Counted from the stretch's first letter, positions 1 to 9,414 are shown. The stretch is 32,000 nt of DNA from Candidatus Thorarchaeota archaeon (GCA_008080745.1 SHMX01000004.1:300001-332000), one strand, 5' to 3'. Numbers and translations: made by a program. Notes: a model not told the origin generated them from the sequence alone.

Positions 1-1256
1 GTTCGATATTCTTCTTCTCTCTCTGAGGCTTTCAGGTATATCTTGATCATACCATCTATATCTGCAGAAGATAGATTCTTCTTCCATTCAGCAATGTCCT
101 TTCGAGCTTCAAGAACATCATCAATCCCACAATCATCAGGTTTATCTGTTGCCTTTGCCAACTCCTCTAGTGATTCTTCAATCTCTTGTTTGAGTGAGAT
201 TCGTACCTGACTTGTCCATTCTACCATTTTTTGATAGGAAGCAAGAAGATTTGCAATATCATTACCTTCCACTCCAACGGTAGGTGCCTCAGGGATAATA
301 TCTGAGGTTGTGGGGATTCCGCCTGCGACTATTTTTGTTGTTATCTCATGCTTTAGGTTGATAATTTTGTCACGGAGCATATTTCCCATTTGAAGTCTAG
401 CTGTCTGTAATTGGTTTTCTAGGCTTATCAGCGTGGTAAGATTTGATGCCTTTGAAGCATCACGAGCAAGAATCCTCAGTTTTTGAGTGAAATCCATGGG
501 GAGATCCAAACCAATTTTAGCAGCAGTTTCAACATATGCTTGTAAAGCTTCAACATCCGTCATGAGTGCTGTCGTAAGCATTCTACCGACTTCATCCTTT
601 CTTCCATCCAGATACGTTCTTTCAACCTGCAGTTTCTCCATGATTCGAATGAGGTCAGCTAGAGACATATGTGATACATCATCGTTTGAGATAGTGGTAG
701 TCACTTCTCCTCTATCGATAGTGATGTGTCGTTCATAGGTTTCAACAATTCTTTTGTTCTCATCAAGAAGAGATTTAACCTCACGGGCAAAGTCTTCATG
801 AAGCGATGTAACCATGCTTGAGAATTTTTTCATAAATTGATAAAGAGCATTAAGATCTTCTGGTTGCCCTGTCCCTACACTGGGTATTGATAGTCCCTTA
901 AGGGCACTTGCCTCCTTAGGCTTCAGGGTTTGAAGATTTGGTACAATAGACATAATTTTCCTGTGTTCTTTAGTTGAGAGGTCTCCAAAGTCTCGGGTGA
1001 CTCTCATAAAATCTTCTTCAAATTCAGATTGAACCTTTTCAAATTGACCTTCGACTTTTCGTTTTTTTAGAAATCCTGCTTCTTCAACTTCTTGTTCCAA
1101 TTTTGTTAGTGAGGCAAAAACGTCAAAGAGATGACGAACCTGTCTACTAACGTTCTCTTCCAGCGAAGGATTAAGAGAAATCAGTATTCCTTTCAAATCA
1201 GCGAGCTTATCCAGCTCACGCCTCCATGCATGAGTATCCAAATGAGTTTCCTCCAT
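1..1256 (-). CDS. Large all-alpha/coiled-coil hypothetical protein, 5' part only (at least 418 aa, runs off the window edge; absent from the ORF track)
   Basis: Manual translation from ATG at 1256 (MEETHLDTHAWRRELDKLADLKGILISLNPSLEENVSRQVRHLF...KIYLKASEREEEYR) stays open to position 1. An in-frame TGA a few codons upstream fixes the start. E/K/L-rich heptad-like composition. Confidence 0.85.
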   Translation of the reverse strand, partial: MEETHLDTHAWRRELDKLADLKGILISLNPSLEENVSRQVRHLFDVFASLTKLEQEVEEAGFLKKRKVEGQFEKVQSEFEEDFMRVTRDFGDLSTKEHRKIMSIVPNLQTLKPKEASALKGLSIPSVGTGQPEDLNALYQFMKKFSSMVTSLHEDFAREVKSLLDENKRIVETYERHITIDRGEVTTTISNDDVSHMSLADLIRIMEKLQVERTYLDGRKDEVGRMLTTALMTDVEALQAYVETAAKIGLDLPMDFTQKLRILARDASKASNLTTLISLENQLQTARLQMGNMLRDKIINLKHEITTKIVAGGIPTTSDIIPEAPTVGVEGNDIANLLASYQKMVEWTSQVRISLKQEIEESLEELAKATDKPDDCGIDDVLEARKDIAEWKKNLSSADIDGMIKIYLKASEREEEYR

Positions 1257-1484
1257 TAATAGAGCGGCTATAGATTCATTTCATATCTACTATATTAGTG
1301 TGTTTTGGCTGTTTAGATAAATCTTGGCGCGGTTTTTTGCTCCTTTTTCGAGCTATTTTCGATAAATCGACATATTTTTGCCATGAGAAACAACCTCTTA
1401 ACGGGTAAATGATACATGAGGAAATCCCTTAAGAGATTAAAAGTATCGATTTTGGTAGCGAATGTTTAGTAGGACTGAATAATT

Positions 1485-3455
1485 GTGTCCACAGCGGGAG
1501 GAGCAGCTGAAAGTCTGACTCTAATACATGAAACTGTTGCGGTTCTGGAAATGAATGCAACACATATTGTTCATGATACGAGTTATCTTTACGCTGCCTG
1601 TTCAGATCAGCGGGTGCGAGTAATATCTCGCGAAGATTGGCAGATTAAGGCTGTCTTAGGTGAGACTAGTTCTGAACCATTGTCTGTTCATGTTGACGAT
1701 GAGCACATCTATGCAACTTGTGAGAAACGTGTCTACGTTTGGAAGAAAGAGACCTGGGGCATGCTTGGATGGTTTGAATTGAGCTATCAAGCTGTAACTT
1801 CTACTCTCAGAGGCGATTATCTCTATGTGGGAGCTAAAGAAGGACGACTTGTAGCTATTAAAAAAGACACACATGAAACCTCAAGTTGGCAACTTCACAA
1901 AACCGACATAACGACTTTATGGTCAGATGAAACTCATATTTGCACGGGAACGAAAAAATCCGTGCCAACTGTCTGGTCTCACAAGAAGAATAATCAGCCG
2001 GAAGAACTCCATGTATTGAATCAAAAAATCAAAGGTGCAATCGTCACTGGCAATGAAGATTATATTATCGCAGGCGTTTCAGCCGATGCAATCCATGTCT
2101 GGGATAGAATAGATTGGAAACTTGTTCAGACATTCTCTTCTGATACCTCTGACCCACTCACTGGTTTGTGGGCAAACGAACATTTTGTTGTTGCATCGAT
2201 CAATTCCAATTATATTGGAGTGTGGGATATCAAACGGAGCATGTTCATTGGAAAGGTCAAGGTAAATGGTTACAAAGCTAATGATATAGACGCGGCTGGA
2301 AAACACGTCTTTCTTGCTTCTGATGACGGGCTCGTAATACTCGAACTTCTTCTTAACGAGCTTACTCTTGATTTATCAACCCCCGAAGCTCATGACCTCG
2401 GTGTCAGTCTTCTCAAGACCTCTCCTTATGATGTTCTTGAAGAGGTACTAAAACTGAGAAATAAAGGAGATAAGCTTGTTCAGAATGATGAGTTTCTAGA
2501 AGCTGTTACTGCATTTGAGAAAGCCCTACAATTATTGATTGATAATACTTCAGTCCTCAATGAGGTACCTGAAGAACGACAAAAAATGATGAACGAGATA
2601 AATTCTCGTCTTGGAACCGCTCTTCTAAAGACAAAAATTTCTGAGATTCAAAGATTGGATGCAGAGATTGAACAGATATCGGATGAATTGGACCTCACTG
2701 GGAGAACTGTTCGAGATGATGAAGCGGTGGACAAGCTCTGGGAAGAAGCATCCCGTGCCATAAAAGAAAGTAGAGTTCTAGCTGAAGCACAAGCAGGAAA
2801 TATTCTAAGTTATCAATTGTCTTTTGTCACCGATAATTTGGAGAATGACCTTGAAGACGCTCGTGAGAAGATGGCACAATACCGTGAAAAGATCAATCAG
2901 GCATTGGCTCTAACTCACAGTATCGATAGTGAATGGAGATGGATGGAACGTCGACGAACATCTCTGAATGAACGTAAATCTTTCTTGGAAGGAGCTATCT
3001 CTCAACTAGAGGATAGACTGGATGAGGCTGAGGAAGAAGATGAAGAAGAGGTCAAACAAATCATATCAACTGCTATAGCTGAACATAGACGTGTCCTTGA
3101 CCAGATATCCAGAATTCTCTCTGCATCCGAAAGTGATGACGAACTTCAATCTACACTTGATAGTAGGGATGAAGCATTGGATGCTATTTCTGGTCTACTC
3201 AGTGTTATGCCAAAGAAACGTATGGCAATGCTTCAGATGAAGAATCCAGAGGAGCAGAAACTCGAACTTGAAAGACTAATTTCCGCTATTCAGCAGGCTC
3301 TTCAGACTGCTCGCAAACATAAACTAAAGGAAGAAGTTATACAACTTCAAAATGAGATGAACGGTATCAATTCTCTCTATGAAGATATTGTAGGAAAAAT
3401 AGAGGATGAGTCTGCGGAAGAAACTACTACAACAAAAAAGGAAAAGGTGGCCTAG
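1485..3455 (+). CDS. WD40-like beta-propeller + TPR/MIT-like helical bundle + long coiled-coil protein (656 aa)
   Basis: The N-terminal ~290 aa carry repeated blade signatures (YLYAACSDQRVRVI, HIYATCEKRVYVWKKETW, YLYVGAKEGRLVAI, AGVSADAIHVWDRIDW, NYIGVWDIK). Then comes KGDKLVQNDEFLEAVTAFEKALQLL and an E/K/L-rich helical C-terminal half. GTG start. Confidence 0.85.
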   Translation: MSTAGGAAESLTLIHETVAVLEMNATHIVHDTSYLYAACSDQRVRVISREDWQIKAVLGETSSEPLSVHVDDEHIYATCEKRVYVWKKETWGMLGWFELSYQAVTSTLRGDYLYVGAKEGRLVAIKKDTHETSSWQLHKTDITTLWSDETHICTGTKKSVPTVWSHKKNNQPEELHVLNQKIKGAIVTGNEDYIIAGVSADAIHVWDRIDWKLVQTFSSDTSDPLTGLWANEHFVVASINSNYIGVWDIKRSMFIGKVKVNGYKANDIDAAGKHVFLASDDGLVILELLLNELTLDLSTPEAHDLGVSLLKTSPYDVLEEVLKLRNKGDKLVQNDEFLEAVTAFEKALQLLIDNTSVLNEVPEERQKMMNEINSRLGTALLKTKISEIQRLDAEIEQISDELDLTGRTVRDDEAVDKLWEEASRAIKESRVLAEAQAGNILSYQLSFVTDNLENDLEDAREKMAQYREKINQALALTHSIDSEWRWMERRRTSLNERKSFLEGAISQLEDRLDEAEEEDEEEVKQIISTAIAEHRRVLDQISRILSASESDDELQSTLDSRDEALDAISGLLSVMPKKRMAMLQMKNPEEQKLELERLISAIQQALQTARKHKLKEEVIQLQNEMNGINSLYEDIVGKIEDESAEETTTTKKEKVA

Positions 3456-3467
3456 AATCTTTGGCTA

Positions 3468-4097
3468 CTAACTAGCCAGTATATCGATTAGAAATATTTC
3501 ATCATCGTATTCTTCCAATTCCATTCGTGCCATCTCGATCCAATCTTGAGCAAGCTCTTGCAACAACGGGTCTATTGCAAATGCTTTTTCTGCAGCCATC
3601 AATGCTCTCTCATTATCCTCCAAAAAGAAATTACAGACTGCATAATTATACCATGCCATAGATGAATTTGGCTCAAGTTGAAGTACTATTTCGAGAGCGT
3701 CACAGGCATCTTCCCACATCTCATTTTGTATATATGCGGACGCGAGAAGTAACCAATCCCTTCCATTTCTTGGATTAAGCTCAAGGCTTCTTTCAAGAGC
3801 TTCCATGCCTGGTTCATCTTCTTTCAGTAAGAGGTGCATGAATGCTTTATCTGCCCAGACTATCCATGAATCGGGATTTATTGATAAGATAGTATCGAAA
3901 GTTTCCAAAGCTTCCTGGGGTTGTTTCAGTTCTAGATTACAAATAGCAATTCTCTCAAGAACCGCAATATTTTGCGGATCCATGGTAAGACCCTGCTTCA
4001 ACTTCTCAATGGCTCTGTCAAACTCACATCTATCCATGTATTTTGAAGCCTGAAGTAATATTTGTGATATGGAATCCTGAATGAGGGTCTCAGTCAT
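3468..4097 (-). CDS. Tetratricopeptide repeat protein (about 5 TPR units, acidic C-terminus)
   Basis: Repeated TPR pattern (AIEKLKQGLTMDPQN, ALETFDTILSINPDS, ALERSLELNPRN, ALEIVLQLEPNS). Start moved from 4157 to the ATG at 4097, which has GGAGGT 7 nt upstream. Confidence 0.9.
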   Translation of the reverse strand: MTETLIQDSISQILLQASKYMDRCEFDRAIEKLKQGLTMDPQNIAVLERIAICNLELKQPQEALETFDTILSINPDSWIVWADKAFMHLLLKEDEPGMEALERSLELNPRNGRDWLLLASAYIQNEMWEDACDALEIVLQLEPNSSMAWYNYAVCNFFLEDNERALMAAEKAFAIDPLLQELAQDWIEMARMELEEYDDEIFLIDILAS

Positions 4098-4293
4098 TTT
4101 GGTAACCTCCCAAATGCAATCCCTTGCAACTGATTTTGTTTCAGTCCTTAAAACCACCTTTCTTTTTCATGTAGAAAAGGTTTACTCTGATTGCTTACAA
4201 ATATCTACTACCACAAGCTCTAATAATTGTCTTATTAAATTGCTAATTTGGGCAATATATTTCTAGAGCATAAGAAACTGGAATGGTTGGAGA

Positions 4294-5742
4294 TTAGACA
4301 TCCCAACCATACATTCCAATTTTTACTACGCTATTAAAGACCAGACCATCAGCAGTGGCTAGGGTGAGAGGGCCATCCGCCTCCCCGATTAATACGCCGT
4401 CTAGCCAACCTGCGACAATATAGTCTGGACTTTGTGTAACATGAGAGATATAGAATGTTTCATTCTCTCCAGCTTCATTATACACTACAATAGAGTAATT
4501 TGAGAACACTATCGTTGTGTTGAATACAAAATGTTCGTCATCAGCACCATCCATCGCAGCAACAATGGTGTGAAGTGGGACACCCGTGAATGTATGCCCC
4601 TCAATTGTAATTGATGTTCTATGATGTGGACATGATGCGACCGCATAGAACTCGTGATGAGTCATATTCCATTCCTCAACACCTTCGAGTTGTAACTCCC
4701 AAGGGTCAACCAAATCGATGACATTGAGTTCAACTACATCCTTTGCCCAGAGATGGCCATCGGTGAGGTCTCCATTCTCATTTAGAGTAGCCATTCTAAA
4801 TGGTCCACCTGAAGGAATGGGTTCCCCTCCTTCGTTGTAAATTAATGTGAGATTGAACTGAACTAGACCTATAGACTCACCAGTTTCGCTATCATATGCA
4901 TCAAATTCACCATATGTTTGATCCATGGTATATACTGTACGGTATCCATCACCTGAAACTGCTTCTAGACTGAAATCAGCAGGAAGTGTTCCTGTATCTT
5001 GAAGTATATCCAAAACTCGGATACCCTCATAGGTATATGGCCCCTCTATCGTTCCAGATGATCGCTTGTACCCTCCTTGTGCTGTTATAGAATCCATCTC
5101 TTTCAAATCATCAGACGTATATCCTTTGGTAGTACCAGCAATATCTACAGTTAGTGCTATGCCTGGTCGAGTCTTTATGGTAATTTTAGCAACATTACTT
5201 ACCCACAATGCGCTAGCGCTGGTTGGTCTGTATTCCGGATCAGTCGTTGCAACCATATCCTCGTTAGAATGAAAGCCGTCTTCTTGCAGGAATGCTATTC
5301 GGTATCCGTCTTCATATTCTGGTACAACAGTACCATTGTAGGAATATGCAAGAATCATTTCACCTTGAATCGCTTCAATACTTGAATTAGGAAAAACGTT
5401 CATGTATGCAAGTTTGACTTTGTACCCATCACTAGCCTCTACTTCAATGATTTGGGATTCAGTCATTCCTCCAGCTAATTCTACCAATTCTGATACAGCA
5501 ACACCAATGTAGGTCCCATATCCACGAGTGTTATTTAGCCGGTTTTCAAAACTGCTAAATCCTTCTATCGTCTCCATTCCTTGTAAATCTGTGAGACTAA
5601 GTGTGGTTTCTATATTATCATCATCAATTATGGTTACTGCTGGACCTGGGTCGGCTCCTTGAAGTACCACTATTCCCACTATTGCAGTTCCTGAAATCAT
5701 TATAACAAGAAGCAAGACTCCATACATCTGTTTTTGATTCAT
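4294..5742 (-). CDS. N-terminally anchored/secreted protein with three tandem sulfite-oxidase-like (molybdopterin-binding fold) domains lacking the Mo-ligating Cys
   Basis: Hydrophobic N-terminus (YGVLLLVIMISGTAIVGIVVL). Three repeats of the (Y/F)xGVx(V/L)xxL(V/L) pattern, with ASDGY / SGDGY, MILAYSYNG, GGPFRM, GPLTL and WVSNV / WAKDV motifs typical of the Oxidored_molyb-type fold. Confidence 0.7.
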   Translation of the reverse strand: MNQKQMYGVLLLVIMISGTAIVGIVVLQGADPGPAVTIIDDDNIETTLSLTDLQGMETIEGFSSFENRLNNTRGYGTYIGVAVSELVELAGGMTESQIIEVEASDGYKVKLAYMNVFPNSSIEAIQGEMILAYSYNGTVVPEYEDGYRIAFLQEDGFHSNEDMVATTDPEYRPTSASALWVSNVAKITIKTRPGIALTVDIAGTTKGYTSDDLKEMDSITAQGGYKRSSGTIEGPYTYEGIRVLDILQDTGTLPADFSLEAVSGDGYRTVYTMDQTYGEFDAYDSETGESIGLVQFNLTLIYNEGGEPIPSGGPFRMATLNENGDLTDGHLWAKDVVELNVIDLVDPWELQLEGVEEWNMTHHEFYAVASCPHHRTSITIEGHTFTGVPLHTIVAAMDGADDEHFVFNTTIVFSNYSIVVYNEAGENETFYISHVTQSPDYIVAGWLDGVLIGEADGPLTLATADGLVFNSVVKIGMYGWDV

Positions 5743-5896
5743 TCAGATCTCTCCGTTATGTTCTCTTATGCACAACGAGCTACGTTTAAAATCTCTGGTA
5801 GTGTCAAAATATACTATTCATTACAATTACAGATATTTGTCTGAGTGTATTTTTCTTCTTGTGAGTAATTTGACTGGAGAATATCCATACCTCTTG

Positions 5897-6079
5897 ATGA
5901 GTCCCTCAAGTGACGTTATCCACCTTGCAATGAAGCATCCTGAATACGCCGACCATTATGTTACAAAATGCGGAAAAGTAATCACTACTGGCACCAGACG
6001 TTTTGAGACAAATTTCACTGGTTTTATTTTAATTCATGAAGGCGATTCCGACTGCAATGAGTGCTTATCTTCAGACTAG
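5897..6079 (+). CDS. Small putative zinc-binding protein (60 aa)
   Basis: MSPSSDVIHLAMKHPEYADHYVTKCGKV...DSDCNECLSSD has an H...TKCG...CxxC pattern. It fills the gap between two minus-strand genes. The start is uncertain (the ORF track extends to 5768). Confidence 0.45.
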   Translation: MSPSSDVIHLAMKHPEYADHYVTKCGKVITTGTRRFETNFTGFILIHEGDSDCNECLSSD

Positions 6080-6111
6080 TTCGTGCAGTTCATATTCTAT
6101 CCTGTATTTCT

Positions 6112-7221
6112 TTATGCTAGGATAACACTATCAAACTGTTTAGTTCTCCAGAAAACAAATAGCAGTAGGAATCCACCAATAATCGCGGATGCAATGGGAT
6201 AGACCGGATTTACCAAAGGGGCAAAGATATTTTCTCTTATTTCAATTTGACCGGTGACTGATGAAGATGCATTTGTCAATCGCAGATCAATAGAGTATAT
6301 TCCACCTTCTTCTACAGCAATCTGTATCCTAGTTTCTCTTTGTATATTGTAAAGATTGAATTCTTGAATGACACCCTCATTGTTACTTGATATTGTAACA
6401 TTGAAGGCCGAGGTCTCAGTGGCTGATATGATAACCAATAATGAACATCTTTCCCAATTCACATCACTACCAATATTTTCCTCTGAGTACTGTTGGTTGC
6501 CTGTGGTCAGACTGAAATTGTATTGTTGAATTTCAACGTCATTCCAAGTATTTTCAGAAATGGGATGAAAGGGATAAATTATGATAGGTGATATCAATAA
6601 GACACCTACGAAGGCGATTATGCCTATGATGAACGGGCTATCTCTCATTTTCAGTTCAATATAGTCTTCCTCTTTACTTTCTGTTCTCGATTCTAGATGT
6701 ATCATTCGATGACTATCCGTCCATAGTATCACCATTACAACCATAATGACAATAGTACCAATAATCAAGATTGGATATGGTATTGGATACCAAAAAGGAC
6801 GTGGAGCCGTTGGGGGATACTGTCCATCAAACATGGACAATGATACAGTACAATTGTTTCCCGCATATTCAAACTCAATGAAACCCGAACTCTCAATATC
6901 GATTTTTAGCTTCACGGTTTCATTGTAAATAAAATCGTCCAATGTAAAGATGGGGTCGTATGTATTATCCTCATAGACATTGATATCAATTGGGGAAATT
7001 CCAGTATCTAGCTCAGTTATCTCACACTGTCCCCAGATATCAATCGTATGCGATTTGTTTACAGAGTTTAATTCAAAGGAATAATTCTGGTATATTGGGC
7101 CATAAATTGGATTTAGCATTCTACTATAATAGATACTGGAAACAATCGTCCCAATTGGAATTGTAGCTACAATAAGAATTGCCAGTAAAACGGAAACTCT
7201 GAATCTTGTTCTCTGAAACAA
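6112..7221 (-). CDS. Four-TM membrane protein built from two TM-ectodomain-TM units
   Basis: Hydrophobic segments at the N-terminus, PYPILIIGTIVIMVVMVILW, PFIIGIIAFVGVLLISPIII and PIASAIIGGFLLLFVFW. Two beta-rich loops begin similarly (NYSFELNS / QYNFSLTT) and carry several N-x-S/T sequons. TTG start. Confidence 0.75.
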   Translation of the reverse strand: MFQRTRFRVSVLLAILIVATIPIGTIVSSIYYSRMLNPIYGPIYQNYSFELNSVNKSHTIDIWGQCEITELDTGISPIDINVYEDNTYDPIFTLDDFIYNETVKLKIDIESSGFIEFEYAGNNCTVSLSMFDGQYPPTAPRPFWYPIPYPILIIGTIVIMVVMVILWTDSHRMIHLESRTESKEEDYIELKMRDSPFIIGIIAFVGVLLISPIIIYPFHPISENTWNDVEIQQYNFSLTTGNQQYSEENIGSDVNWERCSLLVIISATETSAFNVTISSNNEGVIQEFNLYNIQRETRIQIAVEEGGIYSIDLRLTNASSSVTGQIEIRENIFAPLVNPVYPIASAIIGGFLLLFVFWRTKQFDSVILA

Positions 7222-7258
7222 TATATTTCCCTTTTTCTATTATTTTTGGATTTTAATA

Positions 7259-7278
7259 AAGATGCTCACCAGCATCTT
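7259..7278. terminator. Perfect 8-bp inverted repeat (AAGATGCT-CACC-AGCATCTT); possible terminator of the padR-peptidase unit, or an operator
   Basis: Seen directly in the intergenic gap 22 nt past the stop at 7301, flanked by A/T runs. Confidence 0.45.
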
Positions 7279-7300
7279 GGTATTTTTTGGTTCCAATGTT

Positions 7301-8491
7301 CTATATTATCGCTGTCAATTCCTCCATTGCGTTTTCCTCCAGATTTGCAACATGATGAAGCTTCTCTATGATTGGTTCAATTATTGATTGAAATCCAACA
7401 ATCTCTCTTTCAGCAGCCTGTGCAATCAAGGATGGTACCTCTTTTGCTAATTCTTCAGCATCTTTTACTCCAATAATTCCTTTAGTTTCTAGTATCTCAT
7501 TTACTTCGAATTGGATCTCTCTAAGTCTACCTAGAGCTTCAAATTCTTCAGGTAGAAATGCATTGGCTATTTCAGTCCAGATATCCGAGATTTTGGCATA
7601 TTCTCTTGACATTCTTCTCAGGTCTGAGTTCTTGAGAATATCAGCTGATTCTGAAAGAAAATCTGAATATAGTCTTCGGAAGAGTGCACCACCACTACCT
7701 CCCGTTTCGATGTAGATGTAGTGCTCCATCATTGCTCTTACGAGAGTTCTTGAGTTCTCAATAAACCCTGGATATTTAGGCAGTTCCCGTGCCCACTTTC
7801 TCATTCCTTCACAACCCATATTCTTGATTGGGGGATTGAGCATATATTCAGAATTATCCTTGATTGCGAAAGGTATCAACTGTTCCCAATTTGGTAGATT
7901 TTCAGGAAATGTGATATGCAGCATTTGATTTTTTGCTGGAAATGGTTGATGTTTTGATGCTCTAGCTTGTTGCAACCTAGAGAGTGGCATGGTTACTATT
8001 CCATCAAATCTATCTGATAGATAAACTTCGTTTTTAGGTTCATCTATACCAACTACTAGAAGGGTATGTTGGCCAAAATGATCTTCTTCTCCTGTCATAA
8101 GATGCGGTAGATATGCCATATCTGCGCAGATGAAAACAGGTTGGCCTTTTTCAAGAACGGACTTGAGATGAATGTGAGCACGTTTTACACTTGCTGTATT
8201 GAGAACCTTCCAACTCCCCCCTAATCTGTCCACGATTCTTCCAATTAGTCCAGGAAATTTTCCACTATTCATTCCACCTGCAAAAGGTGCATGCATTCTC
8301 TTCATATACCAATATATGAAACCTAATCCGGATCCTATACCTACTAACATTGGTTCCGATATCTTCAGTCTATAGTAGTTCATCTGTCTTTGGAGTGCGC
8401 TAGTCTGACAGTTCTGTCCTCCTCCATAATGCTCAAAGTCGAGAATTATTACATCTTCATTTATTCCTGCAGGTGTGAATTCCTTTCCCAT
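7301..8491 (-). CDS. BtrH N-terminal-like (C39/NlpC-P60-type papain fold) protein with a DUF4872-like C-terminal domain
   Basis: GQNCQTSAL (Cys), EPMLVGIGSGLGFIYW, HFGQHTLLVVGID (His), VYLSDRF (Asp) and GGSGGALFRRLYSDFL match my recollection of BtrH_N/DUF4872 proteins. Confidence 0.8.
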   Translation of the reverse strand: MGKEFTPAGINEDVIILDFEHYGGGQNCQTSALQRQMNYYRLKISEPMLVGIGSGLGFIYWYMKRMHAPFAGGMNSGKFPGLIGRIVDRLGGSWKVLNTASVKRAHIHLKSVLEKGQPVFICADMAYLPHLMTGEEDHFGQHTLLVVGIDEPKNEVYLSDRFDGIVTMPLSRLQQARASKHQPFPAKNQMLHITFPENLPNWEQLIPFAIKDNSEYMLNPPIKNMGCEGMRKWARELPKYPGFIENSRTLVRAMMEHYIYIETGGSGGALFRRLYSDFLSESADILKNSDLRRMSREYAKISDIWTEIANAFLPEEFEALGRLREIQFEVNEILETKGIIGVKDAEELAKEVPSLIAQAAEREIVGFQSIIEPIIEKLHHVANLEENAMEELTAII

Positions 8492-8497
8492 TTTACG

Positions 8498-9142
8498 TCA
8501 CCTTTTCTTGAATGGAATTTTGCAATCTTTACTACTGATTTCATTAAGAAATTTCTCAATCCATTGTTTCTCAGCTTGTAGAGTAAATAGAGGTCTCTCA
8601 AACAACGCACGAACAAGGGGTAGATTCTCCAGGTCCTCCTCCTTCATTAAAGGCCCCTCCTTCATGAGGTTTCCTTTTATCATGGTTTCAAGCAAGTCTC
8701 TATCACTTAGAATATGCACATTTGACTTGAGAAAGGTAATGCGTTCTTCTAGTCTTTCTAAATAGGTTTCAAGTGCGGCTACCGCTTCCTCTTTTGCGAG
8801 TTGCATCATTGAAGAAATTCCAAGATCCAAAAGATGTGTTCGTTTTGGGGGATTTGATAGACACTCTATAATTTGCTCTCTAAGAATCTTCTCACCCTGT
8901 TTGGTCAAGGAATATGTCTTTTTTGAGGACTGAATTTTTTCATCGCCTTTTGCTCCCTGAATCAAATTTCTCTTTTCCAATTCTGACAATGCCTTGTAGA
9001 CTGATGAGAATTTCACGTCCAACCAGTTATCATAACCTCTATCTCGAAGAAGATTATTGATTTCATAACCATACTTAGCCCCTGTGGCAACAAGTGACAG
9101 AACTGCCAAGTATGTTGTTGGTAATAGCTTCGAATCAGGCAT
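8498..9142 (-). CDS. PadR-family winged-helix transcriptional regulator with a helical C-terminal domain
   Basis: LAVLSLVATGAKYGYEI...SSVYKALSELEKRNLI...KKTYSLTKQGEKIL is a PadR wHTH signature. It ends 6 nt upstream of the BtrH-like gene, implying an operon. Confidence 0.92.
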   Translation of the reverse strand: MPDSKLLPTTYLAVLSLVATGAKYGYEINNLLRDRGYDNWLDVKFSSVYKALSELEKRNLIQGAKGDEKIQSSKKTYSLTKQGEKILREQIIECLSNPPKRTHLLDLGISSMMQLAKEEAVAALETYLERLEERITFLKSNVHILSDRDLLETMIKGNLMKEGPLMKEEDLENLPLVRALFERPLFTLQAEKQWIEKFLNEISSKDCKIPFKKR

Positions 9143-9157
9143 TGCAAATCAATCCAT

Positions 9158-9197
9158 TATTATGTTGGCATAATTATAATATTATGCTGGCATAATA
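9158..9197. promoter_or_regulatory. Tandem palindromic operator (2 x ATTATG-N4-CATAAT) flanking a TTATAA TATA-like box upstream of padR
   Basis: ATTATGttggCATAAT at 9159-9174 and ATTATGctggCATAAT at 9181-9196, period 22 bp. TTATAA lies at 9174-9179, about 35 nt upstream of the padR ATG. Confidence 0.75.
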
Positions 9198-9414
9198 GGA
9201 TAAAAACCTTTTCTTCAAATGCTCTGTAAGACTCTGCACAATCTATCTATGACGGTAAGAGATCCGCTTTTTCATAGGAGAAAAAGTAAAACAATAGATT
9301 TGAAGATCTACTTAGAATATCTACACTTTCTTCTTACAAATCATTCATTCAAATTCATCTTTAAAAAACAAATAATCTATTGGTTGTTTGTGTGTATATT
9401 TTAATTATTGAAAC

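Noticed and set aside
1805-1820. RGD tripeptide (LRGDY) in the WD40 protein
   Set aside because: The protein has no signal peptide and the motif sits in a propeller blade. A chance occurrence, unrelated to the FG-GAP protein.
9219-9404. 61-aa ORF between padR and the small hypothetical gene
   Set aside because: AT-rich promoter-like DNA with no coding signature.
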